Part shown: positions 38,787-48,382 of the stretch, piece after piece | How positions within the stretch are numbered: position 1 is the first letter of the stretch | Layout: every line of letters starts with the position of its first letter | Source: an uncultured Alphaproteobacteria bacterium | Lineage (GTDB): Bacteria > Pseudomonadota > Alphaproteobacteria > RF32 > CAG-239 | Assembly (NCBI GenBank): GCA_904501925.1 | Contig: CAJGCO010000004.1 | Span: 5,593 to 69,592 of the forward strand | Length of the DNA: 64,000 bases | Reading direction: 5' to 3' | The notes under the pieces: generated by a model | Seen by the model: only the letters and a program-made list of their open reading frames with translations | Databases searched by the model: none | What the model was told of the DNA's origin: nothing | Translations under genes and position numbers: made by a program

Positions 38787-40025
38787 ATGAAAAAGATAAA
38801 AATCCTTAGTATTACACTATTAGCAACAACTCTTTTAATAATGAGTAATAATGGTTGTTATGCTAAGGATATATCTGAAACTGATGTAAAAAAAGCAGAA
38901 TTAGAAGCCAGAAAAAAAACAATAGAATCTAAACAGCTTCAAGCAAAGGCTATTGAATTAAATCTTGAATTATCAAAGATGGATAAAAAGATTATTACTC
39001 TTGCTAAAGAGATTCAAAAAAATGAAACTAATCTTTCTGAGCTTGAAAACTCTTTAAAAACACTCGAAGATAACTTAAAAGTAAAAGAGGTAAAATTTAC
39101 TGAAGAAAACAATTCTCTTATTCAAACATTAGCCTCTCTTCAGAATATGTCTTTAAATCCATCTGAATCTATAATTTTACAACCACACTCACCGGTTGAT
39201 ATTATTAGAAGCGCTATTTTACTTAGGGAAATTGTACCATATGTTGAGAAAAAATCTTCTGGCTTAAAAGTTGATTTAGATGAATTATATTCTCAAAAAC
39301 AAAAAATTTTAAATTTAGTTGAAAAAACGCAAAAACAAAAAATTTTACTTGAAAAACAACAAACAGAAATGAGGGTTTTGCAAAAGAAAAAAACAGCTCT
39401 AAGAAAAGAATTTGAAACCAAAGGCGCTGAAACAAAAAAAATTGCAGAAAAGCTTTCATCAAAAGCTAAAGACTTACGAGAACTTTTTGATGAAATAGAA
39501 AAACAAAAAGAAATAGCTAGGAAGAAAAAAGAAGAAGAAAGACGTTTAGCTGAATTAAAAAAATTACAAGAAATGAAAAAATCAGGTGAAAGCAAAGGTG
39601 TTGATTTAAGAACTCACGAAGAAATAAAAAAACAGACAACACAATTTGCTAGAGCAAAAGGATCTTTGTTGAAACCAGTTAGTGGACAACTTGTTACAAG
39701 CTATGGACAAGCAACCTCTAATGGTGTGACATCAAAAGGTATTACCTACAAAACGAGAGCTAACGCTCAAGTTATTGCACCGCACGATGGAACTGTTGTT
39801 TTTTCTGGTCCATTTAAAGGATATGGTAATATTATTATAGTAGAACATGGAGAAGGGTATATCTCTTTACTTGCTGGACTTGGCAATATTGATTGTGAAC
39901 TAGGGCAAAACATCCTCACAGGAGAACCTATTGGAACAATGCCTATGTCAAATAATGCAAAGCTTTATGTTGAGATAAGAAAAGATAGACAACCAATCAA
40001 CCCTGCACCATGGTTTGCAAGTTAA
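38787..40025 (+). CDS. murein hydrolase activator EnvC-like protein / M23 peptidase-domain protein
   Basis: Signal peptide, a long coiled coil and a C-terminal LytM/M23 domain (GTVVFSGPFKGYGNIIIVEHGEGYISLLAG). Confidence 0.85.
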   Translation: MKKIKILSITLLATTLLIMSNNGCYAKDISETDVKKAELEARKKTIESKQLQAKAIELNLELSKMDKKIITLAKEIQKNETNLSELENSLKTLEDNLKVKEVKFTEENNSLIQTLASLQNMSLNPSESIILQPHSPVDIIRSAILLREIVPYVEKKSSGLKVDLDELYSQKQKILNLVEKTQKQKILLEKQQTEMRVLQKKKTALRKEFETKGAETKKIAEKLSSKAKDLRELFDEIEKQKEIARKKKEEERRLAELKKLQEMKKSGESKGVDLRTHEEIKKQTTQFARAKGSLLKPVSGQLVTSYGQATSNGVTSKGITYKTRANAQVIAPHDGTVVFSGPFKGYGNIIIVEHGEGYISLLAGLGNIDCELGQNILTGEPIGTMPMSNNAKLYVEIRKDRQPINPAPWFAS

Positions 40026-40047
40026 ATTTTATTGATAGGAAAGAAAA

Positions 40048-41340
40048 ATGAGGAAAAACAAATTATTTTTTGCTTCTTTAATGACTGCTTTTTTGATAAA
40101 CGTTTCTTATGGACAAGCTTCTAATTCAAAAGAGGAAGATGTAAACACATATGAGCTACTTAACTTATTTGGCGAAGTTATGGAAAGGGCTAAAGTTTCA
40201 TATGTTGAAGAAGTTACAGATAAAAAACTAATCGAATCTGCTATTGATGGAATGTTAACCTCATTAGATCCACATTCAAGCTTTTTAGATACCGAAAGCT
40301 TTAATTATATGTCTGAACAAACAAAGGGGAAATTTGGTGGTTTGGGTATTGAAATAACAATGGATAATGGTCTTGTAAAAATTGTATCTCCAATTGATGA
40401 TACTCCTGCTGCTAAAGCTGGTATTAAAGCTGGTGATTATATAACACACATTAATAATGAAACTGTTGTTGGAATGAATTTAAATGATGCAGTTTCAAAA
40501 CTTAGAGGAAAAATCGGAACAACAGTTAATCTTACAATTAGAAGAATCAACTCCAAACCTATAGATTTAACAATAAAAAGAGAAGAAATTAAAATCCAAT
40601 CAGTTAAAAGCGAAATAAAAGAAGATGCTATTAGCTATATTAGAATATCCTCATTCTCTGAAGATATTGATAAAAATATTTCTGATGCAATAAAAAAGGC
40701 AAAAAATGAATTGAAGGATAAGCTTCTAGGCGTTGTAATTGATGTTAGAAACAACCCAGGTGGTTTATTAGATCAAGCTGTTGAAGTTTCCGATTTATTC
40801 TTAGATAAAGGAGAGATTGTTTCTACACGCTCAAGAAATGAAGCTGATACGGTTAAGTTTATGGCGAATGAAGGGGATATTGCTAGAGGATTACCAATTG
40901 TAGTTATTATTAATGAGGGCTCTGCTTCTGCTTCTGAAATTTTAGCAGGTGCACTTCAAGATCATCATAGAGCAATTATTTTAGGTGAGAAATCTTTCGG
41001 TAAAGGTTCTGTTCAAACAGTTATTCCTCTTGGAAGTCATGGTGCTATGCGCTTAACAACTGCTAGATACTATACACCAGCTGGTAGATCAATTCAAGCC
41101 AAAGGTATTGAACCTGATATTGAAGTAAAACCAGCAAAAGTTGAAGAATTTGAATCTTATGCGTTTAACTTGAGTGAAGCTGATTTAAATAACGCTCTAA
41201 AGAATGAAGAAGATAGCGAAGCTAAGGATAAGAGCAAAACAAAAAATAAAAAATCTAAAGAAGATTTGCAAGATTATCAATTGGTTAGAGCTTTAGATTT
41301 GGTAAAAGCATTAGCTATATATTCTAAATTTGAAAATTAG
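40048..41340 (+). CDS. ctpA: carboxy-terminal processing protease (S41 family)
   Basis: PDZ domain (SPIDDTPAAKAGIKAGD), DVRNNPGGLL and GSASASEILAGALQD...SFGKGSVQ. Confidence 0.92.
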   Translation: MRKNKLFFASLMTAFLINVSYGQASNSKEEDVNTYELLNLFGEVMERAKVSYVEEVTDKKLIESAIDGMLTSLDPHSSFLDTESFNYMSEQTKGKFGGLGIEITMDNGLVKIVSPIDDTPAAKAGIKAGDYITHINNETVVGMNLNDAVSKLRGKIGTTVNLTIRRINSKPIDLTIKREEIKIQSVKSEIKEDAISYIRISSFSEDIDKNISDAIKKAKNELKDKLLGVVIDVRNNPGGLLDQAVEVSDLFLDKGEIVSTRSRNEADTVKFMANEGDIARGLPIVVIINEGSASASEILAGALQDHHRAIILGEKSFGKGSVQTVIPLGSHGAMRLTTARYYTPAGRSIQAKGIEPDIEVKPAKVEEFESYAFNLSEADLNNALKNEEDSEAKDKSKTKNKKSKEDLQDYQLVRALDLVKALAIYSKFEN

Positions 41341-41348
41341 GATAAGAA

Positions 41349-41834
41349 ATGAGTAATAATTATAGGCGTTGTGCTGGTGCGATTGTTTTTAACAAAGAAG
41401 GACGTGTGTTTTTAGGAAAACGCATTGGTGTGGATGGTGCTTGGCAATTTCCACAAGGTGGAATAGAAGATGGCGAATCTATCGAAAAAGCGTCTCAGCG
41501 AGAATTGTTTGAAGAAACTGGTATATCTAGTGTAACACTAATACATTCAGAAACAACGCCTATAAGATACTCTTTTCCTAAGATTATAAAAGAAAATTTA
41601 GCGAAAAAAGGAAGAGACTTTGCTGGGCAAGATATATTTTTTTCTCTATTTTATTTTAATGGAAATGATGATGAAATAAATCTCTTAGCTGATGAACAAG
41701 AGTTTGATGAATATAAATGGGAAAGTTTTGATTTTGCAATAAACAATATTATTGATTTTAAAAAAGATGTTTATGTTAGTATTGCAAATAAGTTTGCACC
41801 ATTGATCTCCCAATATCTTAAACATCTTACTTGA
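41349..41834 (+). CDS. rppH: RNA pyrophosphohydrolase (Nudix)
   Basis: YRRCAGAIVFN...WQFPQGGIEDGES...REL.EETG Nudix box, in the alphaproteobacterial form. Confidence 0.87.
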   Translation: MSNNYRRCAGAIVFNKEGRVFLGKRIGVDGAWQFPQGGIEDGESIEKASQRELFEETGISSVTLIHSETTPIRYSFPKIIKENLAKKGRDFAGQDIFFSLFYFNGNDDEINLLADEQEFDEYKWESFDFAINNIIDFKKDVYVSIANKFAPLISQYLKHLT

Positions 41835-41887
41835 TATTTGAAACTTTTAGGAATAAATTTATGTTAGGTTAATAGAGAGCATATATT

Positions 41888-42337
41888 ATGAACAATATTC
41901 CAGAAATTAGAGACATACACATTCCCCAAGGTGTTTCTATTTATCCACTAGCATATGGGTGGTGGGTAATGTTGTTCGTTGGAATACTATCTATTGTTGG
42001 AACATGGTTTATTTTTTGGGCTATTAAAAAAAGTAAAAAATATTACGCACTAAAAACACTAAACAATATACAGGTGTCAGCTATTGTTTCATCGGCTATT
42101 GAGATGTCTGAATTATTAAGAAGAATTTGTAATGTTAAGTATAAAGACGCGAGCTCATTATATGGTAAAGAATGGAGCGAGTTTTTAGTAAATAAAACAG
42201 ATTTTAAAATATCAGAAAAAGCGTTACGCTTACTAATTTTTGCACCTTTTATGGATAAAAACTCAAATGAATATTCTATTGAAGATGCTCAAGAGTTAAA
42301 AGATTTTTGTAAAAACTGGATAGGAGCAAACTTATGA
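41888..42337 (+). CDS. DUF4381-like membrane protein (Bat operon leader protein)
   Basis: IRDIHIP...YPLAYGWWVMLFVGIL TM pattern. ATGA-coupled to the following VWA gene. Confidence 0.62.
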   Translation: MNNIPEIRDIHIPQGVSIYPLAYGWWVMLFVGILSIVGTWFIFWAIKKSKKYYALKTLNNIQVSAIVSSAIEMSELLRRICNVKYKDASSLYGKEWSEFLVNKTDFKISEKALRLLIFAPFMDKNSNEYSIEDAQELKDFCKNWIGANL

Positions 42338-43350
42338 TTGTTATTGCTCATCCTGAATTTTTTTGGTTGTTATTGTTGCCTTTTTTAATGTATTTGTTTT
42401 TTCCAAATACCAAAAGTTATAGCGACATTTCGCTAAAAGTACCTTTTATTGAAGACTTAAAGAAAATAAAGAATGAAGTAAATAATAGATATTTTCCTAA
42501 ACTTAGTGAAAAGTTTTTATTTTCATTAAAAGTTATCTATCTATCTTTGGTGTGGGCTCTTTTAGTTTTAGCAGCAACTCGTCCTCAATTTTTAGGAGAA
42601 CCATTTAGGTTAAAAACAGAAAATAGAGATATTATGCTGGTTATTGATATATCACCATCTATGTTACAAAAAGATTTTTTAATTAAAGATTATAATACTA
42701 AAGACGTTTATATTGATAGATTGACTGCTGTTAAGTATGTTGTTAGTGAATTTATAAAACAACGCAAAAATGATAGATTGGGTTTGGTTTTATTTGGAAC
42801 CAGAGCTTATTTACAGTCGCCTTTAACATTTGATAAAAATGCTATTAATGAAATTTTGCAAAGTACTGATGTAGGAATGGCGGGCAACTCTACATCTATA
42901 GGTGATGCATTAGGACTGGCGCTAAAAAATCTAAAAAACGAAAAAGATAAAGAAAACAAATCAATCATATTACTTTCTGATGGTGAAAACACTGATGGAT
43001 ATTTAAGCATGGCACAAGCTATTGATATGGCCGAAAAAGAAGGGATTAAAATTTATACCATTGGGGTTGGATCTGAAACAGGATTTATGGGCTCCATTTT
43101 TAATATTAGATCTGATGAACTTGATGAAAAAAGCTTAAAAGAGCTAGCTAACAGAACAAGAGGACGCTATTTTAGAGCAACTGATTTAGCATCACTTCAA
43201 CGAATATATCAAGAAATCGATAAACTGGAACCCAAAACAAATGATTCTGATATTGTTCAAGAAAAAAGAGAGTTATTTTATTTACCTGTACTTTTGGCGT
43301 TGTTGTTATCTATTGCTTTAATCTTTTATTTAAAGAGAGGGATCGAATGA
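42334..43350 (+). CDS. batA: VWA domain protein BatA
   Basis: N-terminal TM, then a VWA domain with the MIDAS motif (DISPSM...S...T) and a C-terminal TM. Part of a Bat-type operon. Confidence 0.8.
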   Translation: MIVIAHPEFFWLLLLPFLMYLFFPNTKSYSDISLKVPFIEDLKKIKNEVNNRYFPKLSEKFLFSLKVIYLSLVWALLVLAATRPQFLGEPFRLKTENRDIMLVIDISPSMLQKDFLIKDYNTKDVYIDRLTAVKYVVSEFIKQRKNDRLGLVLFGTRAYLQSPLTFDKNAINEILQSTDVGMAGNSTSIGDALGLALKNLKNEKDKENKSIILLSDGENTDGYLSMAQAIDMAEKEGIKIYTIGVGSETGFMGSIFNIRSDELDEKSLKELANRTRGRYFRATDLASLQRIYQEIDKLEPKTNDSDIVQEKRELFYLPVLLALLLSIALIFYLKRGIE

Positions 43351-45326
43351 TTGAGTTTATTTATAACTTTCATTTTTTACGCCCTTGGGTTTTGTTGTTT
43401 TTAATAATTCCTATTTTTTTGCACATGAAAAAAATAAAAATAAAAGGTGCAAATTCTTCATGGGAAAATATTTGTGATAAAAATCTATTTAAATATTTGG
43501 CTGTTAAGAATAAAAAGTTTAGAAGGAAATCTTTTACAAAGTATGTGTATATTGGTTTGATTTCGGCGACAATAGCAGCAGCAGGTCCGGCTTGGAAAAA
43601 AGTAGAAGCACCGTCTTTTATAATAGAGAATCCAACTGTATTTGTTTTAAGTCTTTCTACTGATATGGAAGTTATGGATGTGAGTCCCTCTCGTCTAGAA
43701 AGAGCAAAGTTTTTTATTAGCGACGTTCTTGATGCTTCAGAACAAGGACAATATAGTTTGATTGCATATTCTGATGAGCCGTTTAATATTACTCCCATAA
43801 CAGATGATGCTGAACTCATAAAAAATATTTTACCACAAGTAACTGCCGATATTATACCTGGACAAGGTGATAGACTAGACAGAGCTATTGATTTTGCAAA
43901 AAGCAGGTTAAAGCAATCTGGTTTTTCTGATGGAAATATTATAATTTTAGCCTCTGATATAGAAGAGAGATTTAACGAAGCTCTTGGACAAGCTTCCAGA
44001 CAAGGATTTGAAAAATATAATATTCATGTAATTGATTTTTCATACGATGGAAATGAAAAACTAAAGCTTGTTGCTGAAAAAGGAAAAGGTCTTTATGTTT
44101 TTGCTAAAGATGGAGATGTAACTATATTGACAGATAGAATTAGGATTACAAATGAAGAAAAAACTAGAGCTAGCAAAAACTTTCGTTCTGTTTACTTGGA
44201 TTTTGGATATTATTTGTTAGCAATACCTATGTTTTGTCTTTTGATGTTTTTTAGAAAAGGAATTTTGATTTTATTTTTTGTTTTGTTTGCTCAGAATGCT
44301 TATGCTGGATTTTTTACAAACAGCAATCAAGATGCATTAAGACTATTTAATAATAATGAATTTGAAAAAGCCCTAAGTTTGTTTAAAGATAAAAACTGGA
44401 AAAGTGTTACATTGTATAAATTGGATAGACTAGAAGAAGCATTAAAAGAAATTGAAAATGAAAAATCAGAATTATCTATATATAATAAAGGGGTTATACT
44501 TACAAAATTATGTAAGTATGAGGATGCTAAAAAGATGTTTAATCAGGTTCTAGAAACCAATCCTAATAATAATGACGCTAAGTACAATATAGAAAAATTA
44601 AATGAATTGTTTTTAAAAGCAAAAGAAGATCCTTCAATTTTGAAGTGTGACAATCAACAACAAAACAACAAAAACAATCAAGATAACAACCCAAATAATG
44701 ATAAAAACAATGAAGATAAAGATAATCAAAAAAATCAGAATAAAAATTCTGATAACAATGATAAACAAGATAATAACAAAGAAGAAAACCAGCAAGAACA
44801 AGACAATAAAGATACTCAAGATAATCAAAACCAAAAATCTGACAACAATAATCAAGACAAAGAACAGCAAAACAATAAAAATGACAACAACAACCAACAA
44901 CAAAAAGAAGAAAATCAGCAAAATAATAATGAGGAAAAAAACAAAGAATCTCTTAACAATGATGAAAATAAGAACAATCAAAAACAAGATAAGCAAAATA
45001 GTGCAAGTAATGAGAAAAAAGAAAAAAATAATGATAACGAAAATAGTAAACAGAAAGCTCCTATGGACAATGAAAATGGTGAGGGTGAAGAACAAAATAA
45101 TGATAAAAACGAAGAAAATAAAAATGATGGTAATAGTGAAAGAGAGCAACAACAACAGCTTGAGAATATAGGTGCGAAAACAGGTGATAAAGATGAAGAA
45201 TATGACGAAAAAGCTCTTATGATGGAACGAAAATACAGAGAAATCCCAGAAGATATTGGGGGATTATTGAGAGAGTTTATAAAAAAAGAATATATGAAAG
45301 ATAGGTATAAAAATGAAAATATTTAG
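43347..45326 (+). CDS. batB: VWA + TPR fusion protein (BatB/BatC-like) with a long N/Q/K/D/E low-complexity region
   Basis: N-terminal TMs, a VWA-like domain (FVLSLSTDMEVMDVSPSRLERAK) and a mid TM. Also TPR units (NKGVILTKLCKYEDAKKMFNQVLETNPNNNDAKYN), then a low-complexity segment of about 170 aa. Confidence 0.75.
   Translation: MIEFIYNFHFLRPWVLLFLIIPIFLHMKKIKIKGANSSWENICDKNLFKYLAVKNKKFRRKSFTKYVYIGLISATIAAAGPAWKKVEAPSFIIENPTVFVLSLSTDMEVMDVSPSRLERAKFFISDVLDASEQGQYSLIAYSDEPFNITPITDDAELIKNILPQVTADIIPGQGDRLDRAIDFAKSRLKQSGFSDGNIIILASDIEERFNEALGQASRQGFEKYNIHVIDFSYDGNEKLKLVAEKGKGLYVFAKDGDVTILTDRIRITNEEKTRASKNFRSVYLDFGYYLLAIPMFCLLMFFRKGILILFFVLFAQNAYAGFFTNSNQDALRLFNNNEFEKALSLFKDKNWKSVTLYKLDRLEEALKEIENEKSELSIYNKGVILTKLCKYEDAKKMFNQVLETNPNNNDAKYNIEKLNELFLKAKEDPSILKCDNQQQNNKNNQDNNPNNDKNNEDKDNQKNQNKNSDNNDKQDNNKEENQQEQDNKDTQDNQNQKSDNNNQDKEQQNNKNDNNNQQQKEENQQNNNEEKNKESLNNDENKNNQKQDKQNSASNEKKEKNNDNENSKQKAPMDNENGEGEEQNNDKNEENKNDGNSEREQQQQLENIGAKTGDKDEEYDEKALMMERKYREIPEDIGGLLREFIKKEYMKDRYKNENI
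44650..45160. repeat. low-complexity A-rich coding tract (N/Q/K/D/E codons)
   Basis: About 0.5 kb made almost entirely of AAT/AAC/CAA/AAA/GAT/GAA codons. It generates spurious long ORFs in another plus-strand frame and on the minus strand. Confidence 0.85.
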
Positions 45327-47025
45327 ATTTTTTATTTTAACTTTATTTGTTTTATTTTCGGGTAGTGTGTTTGCTGCTGAAGTTAGTATATCTGTTGATA
45401 GAAAAAAGGTTAAAGATGGAGATACTGTTTATCTTACAATTACTTATACTGGAAATAGCTCTAAATCTCCGGATTTAACTTCTTTACAACAAGATTTTAA
45501 TATTGTCTCTAGTTCGACTTCATCTAGTTACACATATATTAATGGTATTGATCGTAAATTAACGAAATGGACAATCGGAATTGTTCCAAACAAAAAAGGC
45601 GTTATAAGAATTGCACCAATTGAAGTTGATGGTATTGTTTCTAATTCGCAACAAATAGAGGTGGAAGACACAACAGATATGGTTTATTTTGGCAACAATC
45701 TCGTTAAAATTGAAGCAAAGATTGATGCTGAAGAGGTTTTTATACAACAACAACTTAATCTTTGGATAAATATTTATGATAGTGTTGGAATTAATGACGG
45801 TTCAATTAATTTAACTGATGAAGATAAAGAAGCTTGGGTAATTAAACCTCTTATGGATAAACCAGCGGTTACTGAACATTTTGCTAATGGAAAACATTTT
45901 AATATTATCAGTTTAAATTATGCTTTATATCCACTTAAAAGCGGTAAATTAAAATTGCCACAATTTATTTTTAATGGTCATTTTATTACTAGTGGTGGAT
46001 TTAAACTTCCAACATTTGATGATGATTTCTTTAATCTTAATGCAACTTTTAATAGTGTTTTTGGAGCAAAAAATCATATAAAAACCAAAACAAAGGCTGC
46101 GTATATTAATGTTAAACCTGTTTTATCAGGTACGTTAAAAAAAGATTGGATAGCTGTTAAAGATTTAAAATTAAAATCTGAACTTTCTGATTTTTCAAAA
46201 ATACGAACAGGTGATGCGTTTAGTAGAAAAATTGAAATTACAGCAACAGGACTACCCAAAGTGTTGTTTCCTGAAATAAAGTTTGATGATATAGATGGAT
46301 TAAAACAATACCCAGATAAACCTGAATACATTGAAGAGGTTGTTAATAATAATATTGTAACAAAAGCTATTTTTAATACGACATATATACCAACTAAAAG
46401 CGGAGAAATTAATATACCCAAAGTTGATATTAGTTGGTTTAATACTGAAAAAAATGACATACAAACATCTTATTCAAATAGTCATAATATCGATGTATAT
46501 CCTAATGACAATTTAAAGAAACAACAAGAACAACAAGTTGCACAAAAAGCAACTGAAATAGTTGAGCAGAATATTGATAAAACAAATAAAGAAGAGGAAG
46601 ATATAGAACAACCAAACAAATATCTTTCTAAGGAAGTTTTTATTGTTTTGGGTGTTTTTTTATTAGTTTTATTGCTTGTGTTTATTTTGTTTAGAAAAAA
46701 AGATTTTTCTAAAAAGAGCATTAATTATAAAGCGCAAGTTGTTAAAGCTATTGAACAGCATGATTTAGGACTAGCAAAGCAATGTATTCTGAGTTGGGCT
46801 AAAGATAAGTTTAACGACAATACGATACAAAACTTTAGAGATATATCTGATATTGTTTGTAATGAAGAATTTAATGAACAATTAAACAAACTAAATAAAG
46901 CTATTTATTCTAGTGAGGATATTTTGTTTGATAGTAAAAAGTTCATTGAAATATTTTTAAAAACTGATAAAATTGAAATTAGAAAAGATAAAAAAATAGA
47001 AATTTTACCAAATCTTTATGATTAG
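45313..47025 (+). CDS. batD: BatD-like protein
   Basis: Signal peptide (SGSVFA), a long beta-rich ectodomain, a TM near residue 440 (VFIVLGVFLLVLLLVFILF) and a C-terminal cytoplasmic tail. Overlaps batB by 14 nt. Confidence 0.7.
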   Translation: MKIFRFFILTLFVLFSGSVFAAEVSISVDRKKVKDGDTVYLTITYTGNSSKSPDLTSLQQDFNIVSSSTSSSYTYINGIDRKLTKWTIGIVPNKKGVIRIAPIEVDGIVSNSQQIEVEDTTDMVYFGNNLVKIEAKIDAEEVFIQQQLNLWINIYDSVGINDGSINLTDEDKEAWVIKPLMDKPAVTEHFANGKHFNIISLNYALYPLKSGKLKLPQFIFNGHFITSGGFKLPTFDDDFFNLNATFNSVFGAKNHIKTKTKAAYINVKPVLSGTLKKDWIAVKDLKLKSELSDFSKIRTGDAFSRKIEITATGLPKVLFPEIKFDDIDGLKQYPDKPEYIEEVVNNNIVTKAIFNTTYIPTKSGEINIPKVDISWFNTEKNDIQTSYSNSHNIDVYPNDNLKKQQEQQVAQKATEIVEQNIDKTNKEEEDIEQPNKYLSKEVFIVLGVFLLVLLLVFILFRKKDFSKKSINYKAQVVKAIEQHDLGLAKQCILSWAKDKFNDNTIQNFRDISDIVCNEEFNEQLNKLNKAIYSSEDILFDSKKFIEIFLKTDKIEIRKDKKIEILPNLYD

Positions 47026-47058
47026 TGGTATACATTTTGTTCTGTAAGGAGAGTGTAT

Positions 47059-47916
47059 ATGCTTATATTGAAGAGAATCTTGTGTGGTCTTATTGCATTA
47101 TGTGTGATGTCTTTTGGGCTATCTTCGTTGTCATCTGATTCATTTTTTACTAGAACAATGGGATATTGTTTTTCTATTACTGGTATTGTCCTTATGTATA
47201 TTTCAATCTGGCAAAAACTTCCTAAATATAACTTTTGGATAACATTGTTCTCAATCGGTTTACTTGTTTTTATTTATTCTATATTGTTTTCGCCAAGTAT
47301 GAATATAGCTGATAAAAATGATAGTGTTAAAATGAAGCCTGTAAAAGTAGAAAAAACGGCAAAAAAAACAGCTAATACTATTAAGAAAATGAAAAAAACA
47401 AAAAAGACTGTTGGTTTTGATTTTTCTAAATATCCTAGAGTATATGGAGTTGCTAAATATATTAGTGCTAACGTTTTTTATGTTGGTGGACGATATGTAA
47501 GATTATATGGTGTTGATTCTCCTGATGTTGATCAGGTTTGTTCAAACACTATAGGAAATGCATACAACTGTGGGTCTGAGGCTTTATCTTGGGTTATTGA
47601 GCAAATTGATAATTCTCCTATTGAGTGTTATTTGTTTAAGGTTAATCATCAGGGTGTGGATATTGCTACTTGTTTGTGGAATGGTAATGATATTGGAGCA
47701 ATGGTTGTTGGTGCTGGCTGGGGTATTGCTAAAACTGATGAGACAGATATATATAAACCATATGAAGCAAAAGCTCAAACTCATTCTATTGGTTTATGGC
47801 AAGGCTCTTTTTATCTACCTGAAGACTGGCGAGAAATTAAACGTCAACAAAATAATTTTACTATAAAACGTAAAAAATCTTCTGGTAGTTGGTTTAAGTT
47901 TAGTTCTTGGTTTTAA
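47059..47916 (+). CDS. membrane-anchored thermonuclease (SNase)-like protein
   Basis: Three N-terminal TM helices and a K-rich linker. Also an SNase-like core (VRLYGVDSPDVDQVC...CGSEALSWV...GLWQGSFYLPEDWR). The preferred start is the ATG at 47059, with AGGAGAG 7 nt upstream. Confidence 0.68.
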   Translation: MLILKRILCGLIALCVMSFGLSSLSSDSFFTRTMGYCFSITGIVLMYISIWQKLPKYNFWITLFSIGLLVFIYSILFSPSMNIADKNDSVKMKPVKVEKTAKKTANTIKKMKKTKKTVGFDFSKYPRVYGVAKYISANVFYVGGRYVRLYGVDSPDVDQVCSNTIGNAYNCGSEALSWVIEQIDNSPIECYLFKVNHQGVDIATCLWNGNDIGAMVVGAGWGIAKTDETDIYKPYEAKAQTHSIGLWQGSFYLPEDWREIKRQQNNFTIKRKKSSGSWFKFSSWF

Positions 47917-47917
47917 G

Positions 47918-48382
47918 ATGGTATATAAAAAAGTTTTTAAGTGTAATTTAGAAGAAGATACTAGAAAATTAGCAAATGAGTTTGCAAAAATATCTAAAAA
48001 AGGAGATGTTTTTGCATTATATGGTACTTTAGGTGTTGGTAAAAGCACATTTTCGAGGTTTTTTATACAATCTCTATGTGGTGATATTGATGTACCAAGC
48101 CCAACATTTACACTTGTTCAAATGTATGATACTAATGATTTTGAATTATATCACTATGATATGTATAGATTAAAGAATCAAGAAGACGCTTACGAACTTG
48201 GAATTGAAGACGCTTTTTATGGTGGTGTAAATTTGATTGAATGGCCTGAAAACATTGAAGGATTATTACCTAAAACTTGTTGGAAAATTTATATTGAAAC
48301 ACAGGATAATATTCGAATATTTAGAGTTGAAACCACATCTTTAGAAAAAAATGAGAGATTGGAGATGATTAATTATGATTAA
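47918..48382 (+). CDS. tsaE: tRNA t6A37 biosynthesis ATPase TsaE
   Basis: P-loop GTLGVGKSTFSR, HYDMYRL and LIEWPE motifs. Confidence 0.87.
   Translation: MVYKKVFKCNLEEDTRKLANEFAKISKKGDVFALYGTLGVGKSTFSRFFIQSLCGDIDVPSPTFTLVQMYDTNDFELYHYDMYRLKNQEDAYELGIEDAFYGGVNLIEWPENIEGLLPKTCWKIYIETQDNIRIFRVETTSLEKNERLEMINYD

Noticed and set aside
44634-45171. Long ORFs of 173 aa (minus strand) and 174 aa (alternative plus-strand frame).
   Set aside because: These are artefacts of the stop-poor A-rich low-complexity tract inside the BatB/C gene. The translations are monotonous I/F/L or K/I/T strings with no independent start context.
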